From the NCBI RefSeq assembly GCF_006345805.1, contig NC_043015.1, forward strand, positions 23,064,001 to 23,128,000: a DNA stretch of 64,000 nucleotides, in the 5' to 3' direction. This DNA is from Octopus sinensis (Eukaryota). This document shows positions 12,261 to 24,223 of the stretch, in pieces (position 1 is the first letter of the stretch; each line of letters opens with the position of its first letter). The notes beneath the pieces are model-generated. The model was not told where the DNA came from. It worked only from the letters and a program-made list of their open reading frames with translations, and did no database searches. The translations under genes were made by a program, and so were the position numbers.

Positions 12261-12761
12261 TAACTAAGGAAGAGACATGCTGAAGACGAGGAAAAATTCC
12301 CATTGAAGTATTCTGTGAAATATCCGACGTACCAGGTCTAAAATTAATAGGGTCCCGTAAAACCAGCGTGAGGAAAAGGGAGCAGACTGAACGCCTTGCG
12401 ATAATACCTAAGCAGAACAGATACTAAAATGAAGAAATAACTAGATAAAAAAGTTCCTTATTCCGTTGGAACACTAAACTCAAAAGGGGGAGGGGCGCTG
12501 TGCGAGAGTACGACGCCTCCTGGCGGGAATGGACTGGACTTCTTCATATAAATAGTAGCGGTGTGAGTAAGTGAGGTATTTGGTGTTAGTCCCACAGTTC
12601 GTGTCTTGATAGTTGAAAATTGGTGTTCCAAGTTTACAGTTCCAGTTAGCGTGTCGGATTGGTGGTTCTTAAAACATTGTTGTTACTTTCCGTGTGGTAA
12701 CTGTTTTTTTGTTCCGAATATATTGTTATTACACTGTTGTTATAGCCATAAGGATATAACA
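12261..12761 (+). mobile_element. Possible solo LTR fragment
   Basis: Non-simple 500-bp block with a TATA-like CATATAAATAG (~12545), a GT-rich 3' part and terminus TATAACA. No 5' TG end or TSD is visible. Confidence 0.3.
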
Positions 12762-12808
<47 letters not shown>

Positions 12809-13095
12809 ATATATATTATATATATATAATATATATATTATATATATATATATACTGCTCCTGTATGATAAAACTTAATATTTATTTAATCAGTGAGATA
12901 TTAGACTAAGTCAATTGAAGATCAGACAACAGACTCAGTAGTTGTCAGTTTGTATTCTGTCATTTGTAACTTCAACACAAGAGAGTCTCTTTCTCAAGTA
13001 TGGACTTTATGAAATTTTACTCATCATACATTGAAGGACAAATCTTTCAATTTACAATTCAATATAGTGGAGCATTTAGTATATATATATATATA

Positions 13096-13398
13096 TTCTT
13101 TTCTTCCGACCAGGCTATCAGATGTTGTTACACATCGCTGGTCACAATGCGCTTCGCATTGTTTTAGCCTTCAAATGACGCCACCCCGCTGGCTAAGCGA
13201 GCAGGCCAACAGAAGAAAGAGTGAGAGAAAGTTGTGGCGAAAGAGTACAGCAGGGAACGCCACCACCCCCTGCCGGAGCCTCGTGAAGCTTTAGGGGGTT
13301 TCGCTCAATAAACACTCACAACGGCCGGTCTGGGAATCGAAACCGTGATCCTACGATCGCGAGTCCGCTGCCCTAACTACTAGGCCATTGCGCCTCCA
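13096..13398 (-). mobile_element. tRNA-derived SINE, family C
   Basis: Minus head GGAGGCGCAATGGCCTAGTAGTTAGGGCAGCGGACTCGCGATCGTAGGATCACGGTTTCGATTCCC, with A and B boxes. Confidence 0.8.
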
Positions 13399-14351
13399 TA
13401 TATATATTACCTATATATATATATATTACCATATATATATTACCTATTATATACATTATATTATTTTTATAATTTACTTAATCTTTACTTTTTAATTGTT
13501 ATTTTAATTTTAACTTTTCTATGATATGTAATTTTCTAGATGGTGTAATTTAATTATTAATTTTGAATTGATAACTGTGTTGTTTTCTAATATTTTATAT
13601 ATATATATAGTGGTATAACTATCAACACAATTATTTCTCCCCCTTTTTTCTCTTCTCCTTTCTTCCCTTCTCCAAACTCACAGACACTAACACACACGCG
13701 AGCGCACACACACACACACCTCCACAAAATAATAATAAAAATAATTCTTCTTCTCTAAACCCCAAAAACCATTTGACCAGACCTCATTAAACACACACGC
13801 ACACACTCTCTCACAATGATAAAAATAAATATAATTAATGCTCTACCTCCCCGCCACCACACACTCAATAACACTATGAAATGATCAAAAGTGAAATTCT
13901 TTTCCCCCAAGATCTTAGACCTCCCCTTAGAGTAAGCATGCTGTCCAGCAGATCAAAAAAATTATTTTCTTCTTCTTCCCTCTCCTTTCCCCTCTTTTTC
14001 TTTAGCACTCATTCCAAATACAAAAGCACACACACACGCACGCACACACACACACACAGACACATGCACACATGCTCTCTCTCTCACTGTCTCCTTATCC
14101 ATCACCCTCTTGTACTGTCTGATATTCCTCCCTACCACTACAAACTGAATACCACTATAAAATGGTCAAAACTTTTCACACAGGAACTTAGTTTGATTTG
14201 AAAACCCCACTAGAATGGGAGAAAGCGCTAATACATGTTCTAAGTTATATGATGTATAAAAACATGTAATGTACAAATAAATATCTGTAAATAAAACCTT
14301 CCGATTTTCTGAGTACCCCCCCCCCCCCATTTATTATATATATATATTATA

Positions 14352-14390
<39 letters not shown>

Positions 14391-14662
14391 TATATATTAT
14401 ATATATATATAATATATATAATATAGCAATTAAGGACAACTTCTTAATAAGGAAAATTAACAAGAAATTATCGGGTAGATAGCGTGAAAGACCTCATAAG
14501 ACAAAATATTTCGAAAAACCTATCCTTTCCCGAAATGCAATTCGTAAAAGTCTGCCATTTACCGGATGTAATATATGTAAACTCACCCATGTGCTTCGTT
14601 GATGTTGATCAGTTAGCTGCTCGGCTTAGACGAGGTAGGGTCGTTTATTTATAATACGTCCA

Positions 14663-14709
14663 GGCTTGCTGATGAATACAGAGGTATGAAATCACAGGTG
14701 ATACAAGTC
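14663..14709 (+). ncRNA. Type I hammerhead ribozyme motif
   Basis: GGCTTG | CTGATGA | ATAC-AGAG-GTAT | GAA | ATCA-CAGG-TGAT | A | CAAGTC. The core CUGAUGA/GAAA is complete and all three helices pair; predicted cleavage is after AUA at 14703. Confidence 0.8.
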
Positions 14710-15115
14710 CATATTTTTAAATGTCTTACTTTGAAAAATTGCATTCGGTGGGATTAGTAAAATTTTTGGTAGAAATGACTAATTTTGTCCCTCTTAGCTT
14801 GTGGCATGTATGTATAATAATGCCCTCTATATATAAATTAATATGTTCAATAAGAAAGAATTTTTTCGAATTTTTTCTTTTATGAGGTCTTCACGCTATC
14901 TACCCGATAATTTCTTGTTAAGTTTTCCTTATTAAAAATGTTGTCCTTAATTGTTAAATTTTTATTCCGAAAACACTTTTCTTTCCCGAAATGCAATTCG
15001 TAAAATTCTGCCATTGACCGGATGTAATATATGTAAACTCACCCATGTGCTTCGTTGAGTTGATCAGTTACTGCTCGGCTTAGACGAGGTAGGGTCGTTT
15101 ATTATAATACGTCCA

Positions 15116-15160
15116 GGCTGCTGATGATACAGAGGTATGAAATCACAGGTGATACAAGTC
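15116..15160 (+). ncRNA. Second hammerhead copy with two 1-nt deletions
   Basis: GGCTG CTGATGA TAC AGAG GTAT GAAA TCA CAGG TGAT A CAAGTC; lacks one T in helix I and one A at the core/helix II junction. Confidence 0.55.
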
Positions 15161-15281
15161 CATATTTTTAAATGTTTACTTTGAAAAATTGCATTCGGGG
15201 GATTAGTAAAATTTTTAGTAGAAATGACTAATTTTGTCCCTCTTAGCGTGTGGCATGTATGTATAATAATGCCCTCTATAT

Positions 15282-15352
<71 letters not shown>

Positions 15353-15417
15353 ATTATATTAAATTAGAGACATATATATAATGTATATATATATATATAT
15401 ATATATAGTATATATAA

Positions 15418-15538
15418 AATATTATTAGTGAATTGAAGAAATGGAGTTGAACGAAGATTGAACAGAAATCGTTTTATTGCATCTACACGTGTTTCGAAAG
15501 GCACAATTTTCCAAATTCTTCAATTCACTAATAATATT
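15418..15538. repeat. Short foldback element with 23-bp inverted arms, related to 6541-6712
   Basis: 15418-15440 pairs with 15516-15538; shares GAAATGGAGTYGAAC with the 6541 hairpin. The minus strand has CGAAACACGTG...AATAAA. Confidence 0.75.
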
Positions 15539-15798
15539 AAAATTCAATTATCCGCACCAACGCACGGTTGCAACACCACATGGTTGTACCTCCAACCGTG
15601 CTGTCTTCTGCTGTGATTTTTGCTACCAAGTATCGGTTAAGTTTAACTTTTGATTAATCTGCAACAAGATTATTCATCTTTCTATTTCACAATATATATA
15701 TAATATATATATATATATATTGCATATATATATATATATATTATATATATATATATATAATATATATAATTTATATATACTATATATACGTAATGTAT

Positions 15799-16155
15799 GC
15801 GCAGGAGGGCTGTGTGGTAAGTAGCTTGCTTACCAACCACATGGTTTCGGGTTCAGTCCCAATGCGTGGCACCTTGGGCAAGTGTCTTCTACTATAGACT
15901 AAAGCCTTGTGAGTGGATTTGATAGACGGAAACTGAAAGAAGCCCGTCGTATACGTGTATATATATTATATATATATATATATATATGCGTGTATGTTTG
16001 TGTGTCTGTGTTTGTCCCCCTAGCATTGCTTGACAACCGATGCTGGTGTGTTTATGTCCCCGTCACTTAGCGGTTCGGGGTCGAGTTGCTCGACTAGAGG
16101 CGGTGTTCCAGCATGGCCGCAGTCAAATGGCTGAAACAAGTAAAAGAGTAAAGAG
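15799..16155 (+). mobile_element. tRNA-derived SINE, family D
   Basis: GCGCAGGAGGGCTGTGTGGTAAGTAGC...GGGTTCAGTCCC head, internal (TA)n, tail GGCTGAAACAAGTAAAAGAG. Confidence 0.9.
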
Positions 16156-16435
16156 TATACATATAGTATATATGACTATGCACGTATGTATGTGTATGCG
16201 CAAGTGTTTGTGATCGTACGTTTATATATGTGTATAATCTGAAACTGTACTAATATACATCCATATTTACGTATATATAGATATACCTAATACTCTGTCT
16301 CTCACAAAGCACATGTATCATATCTCTCTCTCTCTATCCATCTATCTACCCGTTTATCTATATTCCTATATATTTATCTATACATATATACATACATATA
16401 TACATACATACTTTCATATATACATACATGCATTC

Positions 16436-17800
16436 TGCTTCATCAGACGCTTGATGTGATCTGAGCCATTGATATGAAAACCCGAAAAATACTAACAAGC
16501 ACACATAATATCCACATAAACAGTGACGTTAACCGCCCCTACCTAAAAGGAAAATGAGGCTTAACATTGATCCAAAATGCTTTTGTATATGGCATCATAC
16601 TCCTTCGGCAACCTCTTTTAACCACGAAGTGTCGAAGTGCATTGCTTAACCAAGTTGCGTACATGAGGCTGATAATATCATTAGACATGCAAGGCAGCTC
16701 CTTGAGCAACGCTCTTTGTCTGATAACCTAACATACATGCCCAAAGAAGTAGCACGACTCTGCCGCAACATATCATCAGATGAAAAGGTGAGCCTATATG
16801 AGCAGAAGACAATGGGTAGATATATTAGTAGAAAGCGCGTAGATTATAATGACATTGATAATCAAACCAGTTTATCATGGTCCAATAGCCTGTTTACTAC
16901 CTCCCATTTTGAAGGGTAAGCGTTTGCAATCTCGGAACAGGAAATATCAACCAGGTACCTGATGCACAAAAGGGATAGAGATGCAAGAAAAGCCGTAAAA
17001 TGTGACAACCGATGCAGACTTTGTGGAGTTCACACTGAAGAAATCACCCACATCATAAGCAATTATCTTAAAATGTCATCACGGTATTATCTACTGATGA
17101 GACACGATGTAGCTAGGGCGCTCTATAATGAAATCCATCGGAAGGATAATCCCGGGAACAAAGAAATAAGAACCCACAATATGATAAAAGCCATAACCAC
17201 TCACAAGAAAGAGGAATACTGCTACAATGTACCAGTAAAGACCTCAATATAATGTAAGCACATCAGACCTGATATAGTGATTTGGGATTGAGAAGAGAAA
17301 CTATGCACAGTTGTGGGCATTTTCTGCCCAGTGGATTTTAACATAAGTGGAAGATCAGTGAAAAAGCGAACACTTATGTTAAACTATTGAGAAATCTGCA
17401 GTTACTCTATCCATATTACAAGTTCAGGTTTATACCCGTATTTATTGGGACACTAGGATATATAACAGACTGCCTAAATACTAATCTTGAGAAATTAGGC
17501 TTCTCAAAAAGCTGAAAGGAGAAAGCTAATTCGAAGTCTACAGATCCAATCCATAATTGGAACTGCAAAGCTCTATAAAACTTTCCAGAAGTTTATCATT
17601 TAAATACATGAGCATGTCTAGATATGCAGTTATATCAATGAGATCTAAAGCAAAATATAGAGATCTGCACATGTACATAAATACAAACAAAAATACCCTG
17701 TTGTTGATGTTGAAATTCCAATGAAGGTGCTTTCGGTTCTAGGTTAGAAACCAGCTTTTTCTCTATTGGCAAGAAACCTGGAAATAAAACTGAACAATGA
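16436..17800 (+). mobile_element. Degenerate 5'-truncated RLE non-LTR retrotransposon (second family)
   Basis: Post-RT motif IDMKTRKILT...SDVNRPYL, knuckle CRLCGVHTEEITHIIS, RHD, and RLE motif HIRPDIVIWD. Many stops and frameshifts. Confidence 0.85.
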
Positions 17801-18079
17801 CAGATGTGCATGTGTGTGTTTGTAAATGTTATGACATAAGTGGACATGTCGGTTGTAAGAATAGCATTACACAAGTAAATATTTGGATATGGTCGTCTCG
17901 AATAAGCTTTCTTAGAATTAATATTTTCCCATAGAAGGCACTCCTTACTACTCCGAACTTAGTGACGATATTAATCTAACACTGTAACCAATATGGACAA
18001 TCAACGCTGCCAACTGTATTGCTGGCGACTACTGACAGTTTCCACAATTTCTTTATTTTATTGAAGAGTGTTAGTCCAC

Positions 18080-18139
<60 letters not shown>

Positions 18140-18154
18140 TGTGTGGTGTGTGTG

Positions 18155-18187
<33 letters not shown>

Positions 18188-18746
18188 TGTATCATGGGAA
18201 CAAACGAACGAATTTAAATTCAATGAACTGGTTTCATTCTGCCGCCTTGCAGGAATAAATTTTCCATAACTTTAATATTATTCACTTTCTTCATTACATG
18301 CGACATGTTAATTGAAGAATATTTCCGCCTCATACTCCTCAGTCACTTTGTCTTCTATTTCATATCACCCTAAGAAAATTTTGAAAAGCCATCATTTCAA
18401 TTTGCTAAATCAGTGAATTTTCTTCATCCAAAATGAAAAAAATATACTGGACTTATTCGCTCTGATGTCTAGTTGGCCATGGAGAGAACATTGCTTCCCT
18501 GAATTTGCCTATTGAAACTAATTTCCATCCATTTTGTTACAATGATTATCGATGTTCAGGTTCACATGCACAACGCCATATTATCATTAAATTAATTTTT
18601 TTATGATTTTAATTTCTGGAGTCTTCCCACGCCATCCTTATGAGAATAAATTTTTATTAACACTAATGAATTTTTACTCATGAGATTTTAATTTCATTGA
18701 ATGAAGAATATTATCGGCTCAATATCTTCTGTATAATATGCTTGAC

Positions 18747-18783
<37 letters not shown>

Positions 18784-19774
18784 ATATTCACACGCATATA
18801 TATGCACATACCTACATATGTATATATATATGTATGCTCTATAGTTTATAGGTTAGAGGAAGGTGTAATCTATATAGACTAGACTTCAAAGTTCTCGAGA
18901 GATATGAATTCGAACGGTTAGATGAATAAATGTAAAGACAAGCAAGCCAGGCAAGTCAAATTACACAAAATATTAAATACATTTAATAGAAAAAATATAC
19001 ATGTGCATGGATATAAAATAGTGCGACTTACAGATGTATATATATTTACACATGCATACACATCCTTACAAACAACGCAGACACACACAAAGAAGCACAC
19101 AGACACACATATACATATATGTATACAGCTTTGTGCGTGCCTGTATGTATATATGCACATGAATGATTTAAATATGAGCACACGTATGAGTGTGTGTATA
19201 TGTAAAACTATGTGCAATGTTGTGTATAAGTATGCGCTTACGAAAATGTGAATAATACTTGTTTATTTTCTGCGGTGGTGGCGTAAATTTGGCAGTGCTA
19301 TGCCTGGCATAAAAACTACAGTATTGAGAATCTCATTTGAAATGTATGTAGACGGTGGCTTCTAACGGCATTTTCATGTCACATCCTATTTACAGAACAT
19401 TACTGCAAAGAAACTGTCAGGAAAATATATTGCTCGGAGTAATCTTCCTATATAATAAACACATAATACATTACATATCTATATTCCTTGCGTAATAATT
19501 CACTGAAAAGATGACAGATGAATAACAACTTCGAATTTAAGTAGTCTGGTTGGGCTTCTAAAATATGTGTTTTCGTGAGCGTATAAAATTGTGCAATGCT
19601 CAGTTTAAGTTGATAAACGTCTGTCTTTGGAAACAACGTATGAGGACCTTCTATAGGTGTGATACGGTTAATGGAAAGAAAAGTTATATCATAATGAACA
19701 TGAACTTTAATGGGAAAGAAAATAACATCATTGAGCATCTACATCGGACGAGTGATATATGTAACTGAGACATT

Positions 19775-20300
19775 TGCAATTCAAAATCTCTTGTCAATAG
19801 AGAAAAAGCCGGTTTCTAACCTAGACGCAAGGCTCCTTTATTGGAATTTCAATATCAATAACAAGGTACTTTTGTTTCTATGTATGTATATATGTATGTG
19901 CAGATCTGTATGTTTTATGTAAGTATTCTCATGTATATAGCTGCATGTTTAGACATGCTCATATATACTTAAATGATAAACTTCTGGAAAGTTTTACAGG
20001 CTTTTACAGTTCAAGTGATAGATTGGATCTGTACTCTTCGAATTAGCTTTCTCGTTTTTGGTTTTGAGGAGGCGAATTTTTTAAGATTGGTATTTAGGCT
20101 GTGTGTTACATATCCAAGGTTCCCAATAATTACAGGTACAAACCTGAACTTACAATCTGGATAGAGTAACTGCAGATTTCTCAATAGGTGTTCTCTTTTT
20201 CACTGATCTTCAGTTTGATGTTAATATCAGTTGGGCAGCTAATTTCCACAACTGTGCACAGTTTCTCTTCTCTATCACAAATCCTTATATCTGGTCTGGT
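19775..20300 (-). mobile_element. Inverted shorter copy of the RLE LINE family at 16436-17800 (RLE domain plus 3' UTR)
   Basis: Reverse complement aligns to ~17270-17790 (for example GAGAAACTGTGCACAGTTGTGG, GCAGTTACTCTATCCAG, TAGGTTAGAAACC). Confidence 0.85.
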
Positions 20301-21160
20301 GTATATGCATGTATTTATGCATGTATCTCTATCTATCTCTCTGTATGCATGTATACATGTGTGTGTGTGTGTGGGTGTGTCTTTGCGCGCGCGCGTCGTG
20401 AGAGAGTTTAGTCCATTTCACTGTGCTGGTTGTTCTCATATGTAGACCAGCTATCACCTCATCATAGCTAAGCACATCTTTTTGTTTCACATGTTATTCG
20501 AAAGTATTCAAGTTGGATATTGGTTGTTTGAGTGAATCACTCAAGGTTTTACCTCTCATCTGTCCCCAGTGATTAAAATACATTAAAAAATTTCTGAGTT
20601 TTAGAGTTAAATTTAATTTGGTATATTCGATTAGTTTTAGTGTTCGGTATTTCATTATCGTACATTTTGATGGAAGCAGTGTGCGTTTTAACTGGAAGAA
20701 ACTAAGAATGAAATGATAAATGTTCAGTTACTTAAGTTAATTAAATTCCTGTTAATTATATAAATTGATTTAAACGGTGGAACTCGAAGTATATAAAGCT
20801 ATAAATAATAGCATATAACATATTTGATTTAAAAGCTCAATGAGCAGCCTCATAATTTTTCCCGCTGTTAGATAAAATATTCTACTTTCATTTACTTCGA
20901 GTTTCATCGTTAAACGATTAATTTCATAAACGCTGGGCAAAGCATCTTTACGTTCAGTGTTCTAATTTTATCATTTCGGGGTCAATAAATTAAGTACCAG
21001 CTGAAAACTGGTGTCAACGTAATCGACTTAAAACCGAACTTCCTGGTCATATGATAAAGTTAGAAACCACTATTTATCGCTTTATTTATTTCTGAGTTGA
21101 ACCGTTAAAATCATTTTACACGTCTCCCGAAGTTCCTAAAATATATGTACTCACAATATA

Positions 21161-21409
21161 TATTTCTTTACTTTATATTTCTTTACTACCCACAAGGGGC
21201 TAAACACAGAAGGGACAAACAAGGACAGGCAAAGGGATTAAGTCGATTATATCGACCCCAGTGCGTAACTAGTACTTAATTTATCGACCCCGAAAGGATG
21301 AAAGGTAAAGTCGACCTCGGTGGAATTTGAACTCACAACGTAGCGACAGACGAAATACGGCTACGCATTTCGCCCGGCGTGCTAACGTTTCAGCCAGCTC
21401 ACCGCCTTA
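21161..21409 (-). mobile_element. SINE family B with 16-bp target-site duplication
   Basis: Full family B body; TSD ATGTACTCACAATATA at 21145-21160 and 21410-21425. Confidence 0.9.
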
Positions 21410-21844
21410 ATGTACTCACAATATAAACTTCATATGAGTAGTATTTTGCTTTTTAAAAATGCATAGAAATATATTCCAAGTCCAAACATAAAATATGAAA
21501 TCCTTCAGTATAGTATTTGATATTGCCGTAAAGCAGGGCAGCAGTAGATGTTATTTAATACATGGTTGTCAATGTAAACTATAAACTGAAATACCTCTAT
21601 CATTAGATGGATTCAAACAGGAACACTTAAATTCTATATCACTACTAGAATAGCATTTTTCATACAAAATCTATGAAATTCATACGAATACATAAATACA
21701 TACAGGCGACAGCTGTGCAACAATAATTAGGTACATTAGGCACTGCTTGGTGGAGTACATACCAATGATGGTAGCTACAATGAGCAACAAATATTTATCT
21801 CTTCATTGCCTAAAGGAGGCTAATCATAGCAGGTACAAAGAAAG

Positions 21845-22025
21845 AAAAGCAAAGGGATTAAGTCGATTACGACTCCAGGGCATAACAGTTACTTATTTAA
21901 TCGACCCCGAAAGGATGAAAGGCAAAATCAACCTCGGTGGAATTTGAACACAGAATGTAAAGACAGACGAAATACCGCTAAGCATTTCACCCAGCGTGCT
22001 AACATTTCTGCCTGCTCGTCGCCTT
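21845..22025 (-). mobile_element. SINE family B, 3'-diverged
   Basis: TCGACCCCGAAAGGATGAAAGG...GGAATTTGAAC...AATACCGCTAAGCATTTC matches other family B copies. Confidence 0.85.
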
Positions 22026-22789
22026 GAAAGAGCCAAAACTATTGAAATTAAACGGAATCTACTTTGCTCATTTCTGCTAGTACCACGAATAGGATGTGGA
22101 TGATTGCACTCAATGTGGTAGCTTCTCACACTGTTATAGCAACTAAATTCCCTTCAAAACATACCTAACAGTTTTAAGAGAGTGGGACGGGCATGTGACA
22201 TGACATAAGCTGAAATATACAATGGATAAACGATTTTCTGATATATAAACGAATTAGATTAGCAATGGAAGAGCTTGAGTTTGCATTATTACTCTAAGAT
22301 GTCCAGATAAAATTATTGAATAACTGGATATTGGGAATAATAGATTCTTGTTATCTGTCTACTTGTTCAGTCAATTTGTTATGTGCTATAGGTCTAGTTT
22401 ATCAGGGACAGCTAGAGCTATGCAAGATGTACAATTGTAGCAAGAGCAACGACAACCATGGCAATGACAAAAAACAAAAAACAAAACAGCAGTTTTACCA
22501 ACACCGCCACCACTAACGAAGGACAGTGGAAAACTGATGAATGTTTTGTCGCATCACAATGAAGATTTGAAATCATTCCATGTCTCTGTATTATTAGTGT
22601 ATGAAGATCTTTGAGCATTGCCCTAGACAAGTATAGTGCAAGAATAGAAAAGCATTTTTGTGCTATATGTAAAAGACGATAGTCGCCAGAGGTTAATTGG
22701 TCGATTAATAACTCTACGTGGATATAAATTTGTAAAATAAAAGCCAAGTGTAAAATGTTACCCGTATTACGTATATCGACATCTCTAAT

Positions 22790-22812
22790 TTATGATGATG
22801 ATGATAATGATT

Positions 22813-22878
<66 letters not shown>

Positions 22879-22998
22879 TTAATAATAATAATAATAATAA
22901 TAACAACAACAATAATAATAATAATGATAATAATAATAATAATAATTAATAATAATAATAATGATAATAATAATAACAATAATAATAATAGTAATAAT
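22790..22998. repeat. (GAT)n/(AAT)n microsatellite
   Basis: Direct inspection; source of the poly-N and poly-I ORFs in the track. Confidence 0.95.
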
Positions 22999-23036
22999 AC
23001 AGCACATGCACTCTAATATGAGAAATATATAGACAC

Positions 23037-23207
23037 ATGGGGAAAGTTTCAGTTTCATATTTCCATATTCGTAATAATTTGGTCTGGAGAAAGTAGCTAT
23101 GCTGGTGGTATTGGCAGGCCCCTCGAGGGGAGTCAGATCAATGTGGTTAATCTTATTCATGAATGACTGCAATTTGATGAGTGAAGTCAGCGAAATATTA
23201 TTTACAG
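23037..23207 (-). CDS. Candidate exon (VNNISLTSLIKLQSFMNKINHIDLTPLEGPANTTSIATFSRPNYYEYGNMKLKLSP)
   Basis: Strong acceptor CATTTGTTCTTTTCCTTTAG and an open non-repetitive frame. The donor is weak (GTGTCT at 23036, or GTATTA at 23000). Confidence 0.3.
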
Positions 23208-23752
23208 CTAAAGGAAAAGAACAAATGAAAGAGAAATCTGATGGGATTTCATTAAATCGGCCATTCTTCTCATCTTTCTATGATGTATATTAGTATATCC
23301 GTTGTATTAACAGTACAAAATGGCTCTGGTTATCAACAACGATTCGTTTGATAAACCATAATGTGACGAGAAATGTTCATTCTGCAATTTGGCGTAATAT
23401 TTCTTACAAACCAGATGCAATATACAAAATATGAATTATGTAGTGTAGATTGTGTCAGATGGTGTAGCATCAAGTGTTCAAAGAAAAATGAATGTATAGC
23501 TATTCGGAGCAGGCATGGCTTTCTGGAGGAAACGGAGGGCAACGAAGCATGTAGTTTCGATATACGCTAGGCAACGGTGAAGCTGGAGTTAGTATCATTA
23601 AATTAAAGTGCAATCATTGCATGCTTTCCGCTGCGCAACAAAAACTATGTAGGTGAAATTAGAAGACAGAAAAGGGGACATTTAAAATTTCTCATGCATG
23701 TGTGTGTTTATGTGTCTCTATGTCTGTCTGACTCTCTCTTACTCTCTTTCTC

Positions 23753-23784
<32 letters not shown>

Positions 23785-23863
23785 CATATTACATACATAT
23801 ATATATATATATATATTAAATATATATATGTAATATATATATATAAATATATATATGTACTAT

Positions 23864-23894
<31 letters not shown>

Positions 23895-24029
23895 CGTATA
23901 TTATATACATACACACACAACATACACACACACACACACACCACACACACACTATATATCTATATATATATAATATATATATATATTATATATATATATA
24001 TATGATAGCAGTCTTTTGTAATATAAGCA

Positions 24030-24223
24030 CAAGACCTGATATATTGGGGACGGGACTAGTCGATTACACCGACGCCGGTGTTTCAGTTGTACCTAGTTTA
24101 ATCCCGAAAGGATAAAAGGTAAAGTCGACCCCGACGGAATCCTAGGTCCAAACGTAGCGAGGGGTGAAGTATCCGCCAATAATTTTGTTCATCGTGCAAA
24201 CGGTTCTGCCAGCTCGCCGCCTC
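24030..24223 (-). mobile_element. Degenerate SINE family B
   Basis: CCCGAAAGGATAAAAGGTAAAGTCGACC...GCCAGCTCGCCGCCT. Confidence 0.7.

Larger units (their letters stand above)
14425..15284 (+). mobile_element. Hammerhead-bearing tandem repeat (about 1.7 copies of a ~451-bp unit) preceded by an inverted partial copy; retrozyme or Penelope pseudo-LTR-like
   Basis: Direct repeat ~14510-14837 / ~14965-15284; inverted repeat 14425-14518 / 14861-14955; (TA)n on both flanks. Confidence 0.8.

Noticed and set aside
17710-17770. Hammerhead-like CCAATGA...AGAAACC in the RLE LINE 3' UTR
   Set aside because: The core deviates at several invariant positions and helix I/III pairing is absent in both copies.
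21420-21585. Minus-strand exon-like segment whose GTGAGT donor is duplicated by the SINE TSD
   Set aside because: All three frames contain stops. Rescuing two TGA codons by editing or recoding would be unsupported speculation.
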